Assembly (NCBI GenBank): GCA_030141605.1
Contig: JAQGDQ010000138.1
Span: forward strand, 456,007 to 520,006
DNA length: 64,000 bases
Source of the DNA: Tubiluchus corallicola
Lineage: Eukaryota; Animalia; Priapulida
Reading direction: 5' to 3'
The notes beneath the pieces are model-generated. The model made no database searches and was not told where the DNA came from. It saw only the letters and a program-made list of their open reading frames with translations. The translations under genes and the position numbers were made by a program. Position 1 is the first letter of the stretch, and every line of letters starts with the position of its first letter. Below, piece by piece: positions 13,901 through 25,102 of the stretch.

Positions 13901-16900
13901 GAACGGTATTTAACATGATTGTTTCCGCACACATAGTGCACAAAAGGGAAGTAAAGATGACATAAAAGTAGGAAAGGCTCTTTTGCACATACAAATATCT
14001 TATTTTAAGTAGGTGAAGGAAAAATATTGAGCAAATATGCAGAGTTATTTGAGTCAATTGCCGATAGTTTTTATGTTTATTTGAACGTTCCAGGCGTTTT
14101 TGAGTCAATTAAGCGATTGAGTCTATTAACCGTGAGTCTACCAAGCGGCGCCTACTGTCCTACCAAATGACACTGTTGAGGCATTTCAATGTCTTAGCCT
14201 TATTCGACCAATACCTATAAAAAGTGTGGTTTTCTATGGGTTGCTTATGAAACCTATTTGTCCTGCAAAATGTACAGCAAAAATATAAAGATAAAACATT
14301 CATTTGACGATAACACGCATAAATTTTGCAAAGCAAAAGCAAATTCTACGTAATACTCCTGGCGACTCACACGAATGAAATCACCACGAACAGCGACAAA
14401 CACTTCAAAATCAAGATGGCGATAATGAAACGTATGCATTCTTCCGTTCTTCACTTACAGTATAAGGACATCAATTTAAACCTTAATTTAAAGTGCTTCC
14501 ATTCCACTTTATACTGGAAAATTTTAAACAAATGTTTGCAAAAAAAAAGGTCTGATTATAAATACTTACGGCATACAAAAGAACTTTATTTTCTTTGTCT
14601 TCTTTAGGATATAACATATTATTACTGAAATAAGAAGTAGTTATTGTAAATTAATTTGCAACATCTGGATATGAAGTACTGTACGAGGAGTATAAAAAAC
14701 TGTGTGTATAACGTACAGCAGATACACAACATGTTAAATAAAAAATCCCATGCTAGAAACGAAAAAACATGACGTTTCAGTCCACCACTAATGAAAAATG
14801 CATAAAAGATCACTAAAAGATTTTTTAACCACTTCAGTGCATATAGGATGAGATTGTACTAACATGCTAAATATGTGATTTAACTGACATGTATGCCAGT
14901 ACTTAGCAATGATACCCACACATGCCAAGCACTTCATGAATCAGGGAACCAAAAATAAACAGTGGTGCTGCCCTCTGTTGGCCAAAACATTATATGCAGG
15001 CCAGAAAATGCCAAAAATGTCGACAAAACTAGGGGCTACCGAATTCACTGTATTGCTGCATTTTGATTTTTGTTGTTGAAAGTGTATTTTGCAACATGCT
15101 TTGAATTATGCCACAAAAAACAAAACTAATTTCGAAAAGATATGATGAAGAAGGTGTTGATAAAAGTGGTGGTACTCATGATAGTAGTGGTGAACAACTG
15201 TGGCAGCAGCACCAGTGAGAAATTACGGAGGGTGTCAACAGTTATGGTTTGTGTCAATATCAGTTTTGACAGTGCAGGTGATGGTGATGTAGCAAAAGTT
15301 GCAGTAATCTGTAGCCTGCAGTAGTATGTGAAGCAGTAGCAACTTTTTTTCTTAAAAAATGCTCTAATGCTAGCTACAATATAAATTGTGCAAGAGTGAA
15401 GCAGGTAATTTTTACAATGCGTAATCACAGATAAAGAGGAATATGCAGCACAAAGAAAACTCAAGAAGAAAACACACAAAATATCCCAGAAAACCATTGC
15501 TGATAAATCATGAAGTACAGGATAAATCCGAATAGAAATGCACAAAATATTTAAAAAGCACTGTTATAACATAAAAGAAAATGATATAAGCATATTACCA
15601 GCAACAGACTCATTGAACATTTAAAAAGCCAAAAATTAGATATACCATTTGTGTGCTTGCAAACCAAAAACATCCATAAGTCGGCATAGTTAAGACTAAA
15701 TCATGATGCTTCAAAGAAGAATGCACCAAAAATTTGGTCAAATGTGAATTTTTTTGTTTTTTATAAAAACAAATGGTAAATATATTGGACTTTTATATTC
15801 TAGCATCAAATTATCAAGAAAATGTCCAAAAAATATTAAAAATTTAATCTTATAACCCCATGCCCTCTTTTCTGAATAGAAACTAGTATGGCAATTGTAA
15901 AAAAACTTGTTTTTTCAAACTCCGATAGTAGCTTGTGGAATCAGTCATTTTGCTTCTGCTTTTTTCTGTTGACAAGAGCAAATCTTCGTCAGGAAGAGCC
16001 ATCTACTGGATATAAACATAACGTCAATGTGTTCTTGCAAAGTCCATAGCAACCACATTTTCATACGGTTTCTAAGTGTTTTGTAGAGACAAGACAAAAA
16101 AACAATGGCTGACTTTAACAGCGATTTTCTCAAGATTATGTTTTTCAGTGCAAAGTGTGCACCTCAACTTCAACGTGGATTATCTCAGCTTAGAAATAAC
16201 ATTGAGTGAAAAGCTTGGTAACAAAATGATCCTTATGAAATGGAAATTCAGGATATGTGAATAGCTAGAAAGGGTTAATTGCCAACTTACGGACGATTTT
16301 GCTATGCAAGCACACATTTATAGTTTAGAATCCATGAATTCTTCATAGCAAAAAATGTATTAGTTGGTATAAATATCTCTCTACAAAGAAAAACTTTTTT
16401 ATGTATTTTTTATTAAAACTAGCAGTCAAAATTTACCTTTTTGTGACTAGTAAGACACTGTATTATGAATTCATTGTCGGAATACTGGTAATACAACACA
16501 CTAATAATAAAATTCTAAAAAAAAACATTTCCCAAATTAGGTGACAAACTGGCCATACAACTCATTTATTTCTTTTCCTGGCGCTATTACACTTTCGCAC
16601 CACCTAGCTTTTCCTAGGTTATTACTCGTTTCTAGGCCCGTAGGTCATTATTCTATTATTCTTACGTCATCAGTGAATGTTTCCGCTAATCTAATTGTAA
16701 TTTAATCATTTATTTAGGTATAATTACCAATAATTACGCTGTATTCACAGTTCTACACAGTATCGCCATCTTGTTTGTGTGTGTAGTCACGTGACGAATT
16801 TCGTACTAGTTCATGCATTATCAGGGCCTAGCTTAAAAGGCACGTGACACACTTTCATCTTAATTGCATTTACGAAATAAAGAAAAAACCTTTACTTTTA

Positions 16901-17620
16901 TAATCTAATATGTGGGAAGACTGTAATATGATACAAACTCCCGTGGCTGCAACCATAATAATCATAAATTATGCAAAAACACTAAAAATACAGGTTAAGG
17001 GCCACTACGTCACTGCGCGAGAGCGATTGCGCATTAGTGGTGTAAACACGGTTATTCACGTGCAGCTTTTTGCGCAATGGCGGCGATAAGTAATGTATGA
17101 TTTTAATCTGATTTTAATCTGGAATTATAGAGCGTAAAAAGCACTAATATTATGGGAATATGGTGTATATTACGCCTGCTGGTCTGCTTTCTGGCCTGCA
17201 GGCGTGAAAAGAATCAATAGGCCAGGAAAAGCTAGGCGGTGCGAAAGTGTAATAGCGCCCTTTTCCTCAAATTACTTAAAACTATGTAAATTGAAATTAT
17301 TCACTATTATTCATTATTATTAATTATTGAAATTTACTATACAACACAGCAGTGACTACAAACTAGGATTGTAGCAACACAACACTCGTTTCATTCCCGA
17401 ACGTCTTCCCACTATCTACATATTAATATACTAAGTAAGTACTTTATAATTATGGTAATTATAGTACTATGATATAGTATTACGCTAACAATAACACTTT
17501 ATTAACAGATCATTTTTAATCAAGACAGACCAAGTTTAATACCAACCATTCTTCACAAAATTTAATGCCAACGAATGCCGGACCATCGCTTGTCTTCTGT
17601 ACACTTTCGTCATAACTCAT
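7915..17620 (-). CDS. POLR2I: DNA-directed RNA polymerase II subunit RPB9, 130 aa. Exons 17620-17547, 14624-14570, 9692-9619, 9253-9127, 7977-7915
   Basis: Five GT-AG exons (393 nt) give [130 protein letters not shown]. It has two zinc ribbons and is very close to recalled animal RPB9. Confidence 0.97.
13199..14157. mobile_element. Tc1/mariner (pogo/Tigger-like) non-autonomous element in POLR2I intron 2
   Basis: Imperfect 26-bp TIRs CAGTAGGTGTCACTTAATAGACTCAC / GTGAGTCTACCAAGCGGCGCCTACTG. TA lies immediately left and TC on the right. Subterminal TTAATAGACTCA-like repeats; no transposase ORF. Confidence 0.7.
14966..14984 (-). promoter_or_regulatory. Candidate CTCF-binding motif
   Basis: Minus strand reads TGGCCAACAGAGGGCAGCA, close to the CTCF consensus (TGGCCACCAGGGGGCGC-type). 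Motif match only. Confidence 0.4.
15649..16317. mobile_element. MITE family A, longer copy in opposite orientation, POLR2I intron 1
   Basis: Same TGTGTGCTTGC...GCAAGCACACA TIRs as 5596-6004. 16100-16317 is the reverse complement of about 5596-5812 with scattered mismatches. Confidence 0.8.
16580..17259. mobile_element. MITE with 8-bp TSD and GG-termini (Merlin-like; hAT not excluded)
   Basis: TIR GGCGCTATTACACTTTCGCACC(A/G)CCTAGCTTTTCCT at both ends. Exact 8-bp direct repeat CTTTTCCT at 16572-16579 and 17260-17267. Confidence 0.88.
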
Positions 17621-18429
17621 CTTTATGGATGATTTAGCAATACTTAAATCAGCAGCACTATTTTTGTTTCTTTACACTTTTTACAGTGTTCCTCAGTTGA
17701 AACATGAACTAGGTTGCCTCATGCTTCTGATTTTTTTTTCAGAAACGCACCTTTCTCTCTAAAGCTAACCAAACACAAATTTGCAATTCAATTCATCCAG
17801 TTTACTGATCACTCTCTTTCCGCAGGATTAAGGATTAATTAAGGAATTAAGTAGGCGTAGGATCTACTTAGAAGTCTAATACTCACTATGTCCATAATAT
17901 GCTCAGGGGATGGTCAAAGGACCATCTGGTCTAGGGATCACACAGACACCGGTAAAAGTACACCTTAACCACTTTAAAAGTTGTTTAAAAAGAACCACAC
18001 CAGTGAATGTGTTGACAGCAGCTTTTGTGAAATTGTAACTTTACTTACCACCAGTCTTTTCTTTTAATAATCATAACTTACATAATTATCATGTTTTACA
18101 AAGCCACATGACAAAAAATACAGTTGTGACGAACGAAATCAGAATCATGAGCGAAACAGTTATTTTTCCGTCATTTATCTATGCGACCTTACAATTAAAT
18201 ATTTTTAGTTTGCTTGTCACAGTGTTGTCTTTTGTGTATATATTTCCTACACTGTATTTTTATTTAGGTGATTGTTGTGTAAACATCACCTTGTAATTGT
18301 GTCGAAATATTGCAGATGCTGTGTCTGAATAAAAGCCATGTCTTTTCTTAAGTAAGTGTTCGCTGTTATCTTTATTTTAAGAATTTGTTTTCCCTATCAC
18401 AAAGCAAATTTAAATTAATCATTTTAAAG

Positions 18430-18501
18430 ATATATATATATATATATATATTATGTATATATATATAAGTATGTATGTATATATGTATGTATGTATGTAT
18501 G

Positions 18502-18535
<34 letters not shown>

Positions 18536-18631
18536 TGTATGTATGTATGTATGTATGTATGTATGTATGTATGTATGTATGTATGTATGTATGTATGTAT
18601 GTATGTATGTATGTATGTATGTATGTATGTA
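18430..18631. repeat. (TA)n followed by long (TATG)n microsatellite
   Basis: Directly visible; it explains the spurious MYVC/HTYI ORFs. Confidence 0.97.
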
Positions 18632-20851
18632 TAATTTTTAAGCAATTTTTTATTTTAAAACTGGATTTAAAAAATAAAATATAAGTCGTATGACTCCTTG
18701 CCATCCATAAAAATAACAAATAAAATACACAGAAGGACACGGTAAATTGAAATTGAAATTCAATGGCCTAAGTTAAATAAACTATTTCCCCTCAAACTAT
18801 TTTACAAAATTTATAGCTGTACCAATCTATGAACCTTCTGAACATTACAATAAATATTACATAAATTTTACACAGAAAAGAATAAACGATAGTAAAACAA
18901 ACCATAAATTTTTCTTGTTTACATTGATGTAATAAAGTGGAATAACTCTAAAAAAAGAGGGTCCAATGACTATTGTGAGATACAGATTTAAATTAAAATA
19001 AAATCGAACATGTAAAATAAAATGAGGCAGGTAGCAAAGAATTTGAGTTGAGACTTGCACCATAATACAAGCAATGAGACATGTTATAAAAACAAAATTT
19101 ATGTTGCTGTAGTAAAATGACCAAAGAAACCAGAGACAGAAAGGAAATTTAATAACAAAGTTTCAACGAGTCCATAGCATTTTGAAGAAAATCTATAGCA
19201 TACATTTCGAGAGCTGGATTCATGATATGCGTGTAGGAATGAACGTCAGCAGTTTATAGCTAGTTTGAGTGAAGTAAATTACAAACAAGAGTAAGCTAGC
19301 ATTTCCATTTGCAATAGTAGCTAACAGAGTACAATAATGGATCATGATATACAGAATAAAATAAAAGCAAGACCGACTAAAGAATGAGTAATAAGAGTTA
19401 CCAGGTATTGTATGCACATAAATTGCGTATCCAAGCTGGACCATTCCCCGCTTTTATTGATTTTTTTAACTTGAAATACAGAAACAACTTGTTTAATGTA
19501 ATTACTTATATGATTCCACATGTCGGCACGATAGTGCCCAAAAGACTTTTTACCAAATTTTACAGTATCAAATGCAGGAATATTTAATACATTTATGCTT
19601 CTAAGATTATAGTTACTCTTTCTTGGATTTATAAGATCCTATAAAAAGCTGGGGAATGACCATGACCTATCTTTTACATTTTTATAGCAAGTGTACTTAA
19701 TATTCTAATTTTTCAAAGTGGTACACTTGCATTGTACAATACATGTTCATGATTTGATCTAACGTCACGTGTTACATATCTTATCACAAGAACATGCAAC
19801 TTTTCAAGCTTGTCAAAGTAAGTTTTTTACAAAGGAACCAGACAACTGGACAAAAATTGAAGTTAGAAAGTATAAAAGTGTCTTTTTCGGCATTTTTGTT
19901 CAAAAAATAGGCAATTCTGCTAAAAGCTTTAACTTGCCTCGTGGCTTTTTTGCAAATCACACTTATATGAAGTTATGAACAGAGAAAGATTAAGTTGGTC
20001 AATATGTACTCCAAGACGTTTGGCCAATTTATCACACGTCAGATGTGTTGGAACCAGCAACTTTGGTTGCTACTGGCACTTGATTCACTGAATGCTGTGT
20101 CAAATCATAAAATTATTATTATTTTTGCTAAAAAACGTATCTTTCTTCAAGTTCATCATACTTTTAGCTGGTTCTGCGCCATTAGCCTAGACAAACTTAA
20201 CAAAATTTTAGATGATTAAAACTCTGTTGCCATATTATAGGTGATTGTAATGCCAATGACTGATGGCAGCTGATAAATAGAAGCTGTTTGAATTTTATAC
20301 ACAAGAAAGCTTAAAGATTTTAAGAATGCTGTTGTTGTACAACTACATTTGGCTTGCTGTGTGTGCTGCTCTTTATTGTGGTCGTAATAATAGCAGCAGC
20401 AGGGCCAGCAGCAGCAGTGGCGTAATGTAATGGCTTTTGCTGTTGTTTTTCTGATCAACGTTACCTTCATTGTCATCTGGTAGTTTTTGTTGCGCATTTA
20501 CTTGTTGTTATTGGTGTTACTTTTGTTGCTTTCATTGATATTGTTATTCTGTTGCTTTTATCCAAGTCATTGTCTTATTGCTCCTATTGCTGTTATTGCG
20601 GTCGCTTTTTGGTTTTATTTTCATTAAGAATTGTCGTTTTGTTGCTGGTGTTGTTTTATTATGGGGCAGTTACCATTTTCGCTAGTTAACCGGCACTTAT
20701 TAAGTTATTATTAACATCAGCATTATTAGCACAGGACGCAAACCATAGATACGTAAGGCATTCTTTATTCTAAATTCGGCGCTGGAAGCAGGGAATTAAT
20801 TTACTTGGCCTCCAGTTGTTGTTAACTTATTCTCGTTAGACGTGGAGGGAA

Positions 20852-23800
20852 ATGGCGAACTTTGTGTTGAAGTTTTGTTTAATCCACGTGTGCTTTGTTA
20901 ATTTAATCTTGGGATTACCCGAGCAAGGATTATACTCACAAGAATTCTCATATGATCCTACTAAGGAAGAAGAAACATTTACAAATTTTCCATACATTCA
21001 CATGTCGAAGAGCATGTACAAAAACTCAGAAGTTTTTCTCACAGGTATAATCTTCAGTTATTACCGATATTGTTATGCAGTAGTAAACAGTAATTATACA
21101 TTCGCCTTACCCGAACGTATAATTATTGGTTGAGGCCAATAGAAAACTGTTTGAGATGGTGGAAGGTGAGTTTCGGGTTCGATTATTCAATCGTAATCAT
21201 CTTTGTAGTACTCATTCTTGCAGCTACTTTGACTCCTGTTATGGGTTTAATTTTGGTAGCCTTGTGTGTAAGGAATCCTGCACTGGGTTACATCATGCGC
21301 TCACATCCTATAGTACTTTTTATGGCGCTTGCACTTTAACTATAATCACTATAATGATATGATATATTATAATAAAACACTTTAACTTATAGTTTTACAA
21401 ATGTTGTACCTGTGAAATCAAATGACAGTGTGACACTGTTTCACTTCTTTCATCTCTTTAGTCCTGCCTCATTTTGGTAATCAATACCGGATTTAGTATA
21501 TTCTGATATTCTCTGTCTCTTCCAATTCTGTGCCATATACCCTCGTCCCCCCCCCCCCCCACTCAGTTTATTAACACACACAGCTAGCTTAAACGTACAT
21601 ATTCAAACAAATGTTGAACAGGGCAGTTGTATATATAGATCTAAGTTTGAACTGTTCTCTGTGCTAATATGATTGTGTAGCCAGGCTTTTCTTAGTATGT
21701 AAAAGTATTTAAAGATGAGAAATCAGATCCTTCGAATTACCATGTCATTGGTTTGCAGCCGCATCATCAGTAGAGTCTACTAAGTGTTTTATTTAACATT
21801 TCCCTTGCTTTGTACAATGCAGTATGTTTCTTAGCTGATAGTGACATAAATTCTATAAGATATATGAATTATAGCTTTGCCTATTATTGCTCCACTGCTG
21901 TTGTGTGCTGCCTTTATCTTTGGAAGTACCTTATAAACTTCAATTGTAAAGTATAAGTGGAAGTACACCGTCTAGGTCTATTATTTTGCTGCATTTTGAA
22001 GGCTGTAAAGTTTTTGTGTAGTGTGTTAAACCTACATTGACAGTAGTGATATTTGCTAGCAGAGCTGATATTGCATGTGTGAATATCTCAAGTTTTGGAA
22101 AAAGTAGTTTGTATTAGACACTGCTGCATATATACACTGATATAATTTGCTATGCTGAGTTGACCCTAACTGCACGCTTAGTCACTCACTTTCTTCTCTA
22201 CGCTTGGTTCCCAATAACTTAATTATGGATTTCCTTTTTTGAGACAATGAGACACATGTTAAGAGCGAGATATATGCAAGTGACAATGAAACCAGTTTGC
22301 AGTGTAGGACTAGCGCATTGTTATCTTGCAGAGATATGAAAATTGTGAATGCTATGATTCACCTTCCCTTATTTTCATTTTTAAGAATTAGAAGTGGTCA
22401 GAAGCATTATTAGAAGTGGTTGTAATGAGCTTTTTGAGTGCCCAATGTCAGTTATTTTTTAAGACGATGCTGAATGTTTGTTAAATTTTAACGTCGATAT
22501 TTAACAGTTTATAATTTTACCAGTATAAATTGAAATTTGAACTTCCTATGACTAAATTTGTTCAGAATAAGTTATCATTTAATAAACTCTCAGTCAAGTT
22601 GTAACTTTTTATAACTTTTCAAGTCAAATGTAAATGTGTTCGTGACAACAAATGTGATATAAGTTATTGAAATATAACAACACAAAGTTTGGTCATTCAA
22701 ATGCAGCAGCAAAGCATGCATATGTGAACAATAATCACCTAAGGTGTGTTTTGGTCTTCCAATTGTGAATTTGTGACCAAAAACAAAATCGAGATTGCAC
22801 TCTAACTTTGTGTTTTATAAAATAAGTACAGTCTTTCTAGTGTAAGTTACAGTACTTGTACTTTTTTGAAAATTGATTGCTTTAATAGTTTTTTATATTT
22901 ATAATAGACATGAAAAAGAAAATTCAATTAAATCAGTTCTTAAAGTGTAACGTAAATTTAGCCATAAATATTTTCACTTATAGCACATGATTTTATAGTG
23001 ATCAGTTAATTTTTGTGTGAAGTAATCATAGGTGTGTTTTGACATTAGATGTTGTAATAATTTGTGTTGAGTTTTTTTAAGCAGTTAAATAAACTTGGTC
23101 AGATCAGAGCATTTGCAGACTGTTAATTATCTGGATTTGCGTGCTTTGTGGATCACTTGAAACTGATTTTGAACTACAAACATGAGTAACTTTCATGTAT
23201 GTTTAGACACTGGTAATATTTATTAATTGCTTTTCTATTTCAGTTCACTGTGATTCAGAGACAAATGATGTACCTATATTGATGAACATAGGATGGACCA
23301 TGAGACAAACACCATGTGCACAAGAATATGTCAACATTAGCCCAGACATGCTGAAAAATTATTATGATGATCCAACCTCAATTACAGCTGAATATGATAA
23401 TTATGTGATAAATTATACTTCTAAGTGTGCTGACAAATGGAACTGTGAGGATGGGGATGTTAGTCTGTTATTGGAAAACAATGAGTGGCTTACCTTCACT
23501 GCTCCACTACAAACAAATGAAATCAACGAAGAAGAAAAGGCGATAGATGAAGAAAAAGCAGATGTGAAGGAAGTCACTGACATTAAAGCAGATGCTGATA
23601 ATACTAAGAACAAAGAAAGTGTTGAAGAAAAATCAACCCGCAAGAAAAGAAACATTTGGGATTTGAGTCGCACAAGGCAAAAACGTGCTCAATTTGAGTC
23701 ACCACTCGATGATAAGTCTTCAGAAAATGGTGTTGATGCGCTCAAACAACGCCAAGGTGATAATAAGAATACACCTGAGGTATCCGATGGGGTAGTACCA

Positions 23801-25102
23801 CCAAGTGAAGATAAGAATACACCTAAGGGATCCGATGAGGTACAACCATCAAGTGATGATAAAAATACACCCAAAGCATCCAGTGATAAGTCTCAATCTA
23901 AAACTGATGAAACTGCTAAGGCTAAAAAGGCAATTACAAGAGTTCCATTAGACGGGGTGTATCTGTTTGTCCTGAAAGTGGAACCAATCAACAATAAATC
24001 CAAATCTGATGTTAAATTTAATTTTACCATCACAATAAAACTGAAAGGCGAATATGGATATTTGTCTGCAATTGACTGGCCACTCCTGCCATTTTATGGA
24101 GCTCTTTGCATTGTTTATGCCATTTACGCCATTGTATGGTTAGTGATCAGCGCCTGGCAATGGAGGGATTTGCTACGTGTACAGTTCTGGATTGGTGGAG
24201 TAATTGCATTAGGTTTACTAGAGAAGGCTGTATTTTATGCAGAATACAGTAACATAAACAGTCGTGGGTACTCTATATATGGCGCTGTTGTATTTGCCGA
24301 GTTGATATCTGTACTGAAGCGCACGTTATCTAGGATGCTAGTCATCATCGTCTGCCTAGGCTTTGGAATTGTAAAACCTAGGCTGGGGCAAATGCTTCAC
24401 AGAGTACTTGGTGTTGGAGGCCTTTACTTTGTTCTTGCTTCCATAGAAGGATGCATGCGAGCTGTAAAACCTCGTCTAGATATGTCCAGTGGAATTATGC
24501 TTGCAGTGATTCCTCTGTCTGTTGTAGATGCTGGTATTTGCTGGTGGGTGTTTAGTAGTTTAGTGCAGACAATGAGAACACTCCGTCTTCGCAGGAATGT
24601 TGTAAAGCTGTCACTTTACAGACACTTCACGAATGCTTTGGTTTTTTGCGTTCTCGCATCAGTCGTTTTTATGGTGTGGTCAATCAAGACCCACAGATTT
24701 ACCGAGTGTTTAGATGACTGGAAAGAATTGTGGATTGATGATGCTTTCTGGCCTTTGCTATTCACAATCATTTTGCTTATAATAATGATTTTGTGGCGGC
24801 CTACAGCTAACAACACACGATATGCGTTTACTCCCCTCTTAGACCAAGCTGACGAAGAGTCTGAGGAGCCGATGCTAAATGATGCATTTGATGGTATGAA
24901 GCTTCGTGGCCAAGGTCAGAGTCCTAATGGTAATCCACCTAGGAAGCCGTATCACGATGATGTACGAGATAAAGTAGAAGACGATCTGAAATGGGTAGAT
25001 GAAAATATTCCATCTAGTGTAGTAGATGCTGCAATACCAACATTCGTAGATTCCGATGAAGAAATAATGACAACAAAATTTGAAATGTCTAAAATGGATT
25101 AG
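20852..25102 (+). CDS. TMEM87: Transmembrane protein 87 (GOST / Lung_7-TM family), 683 aa. Exons 20852-21044 and 23244-25102
   Basis: Exon 1 encodes a signal peptide and ends at phase-1 donor G|GTATAA; the acceptor TTTCAG at 23243 restores the frame. The 7TM region has family motifs GYLSAIDWPLLPFYG, WRDLLRVQFWIGGVI.LG.LEKAVFYAEY, SLVQTMRTLRLRRNVVKLSLYRHFTN, LWRPTANNTRYAF and the terminus TKFEMSKMD. Confidence 0.95.

Noticed and set aside
18372-18740. HTYI/MYVC repeat ORFs
   Set aside because: Translation artefacts of the (TATG)n microsatellite.
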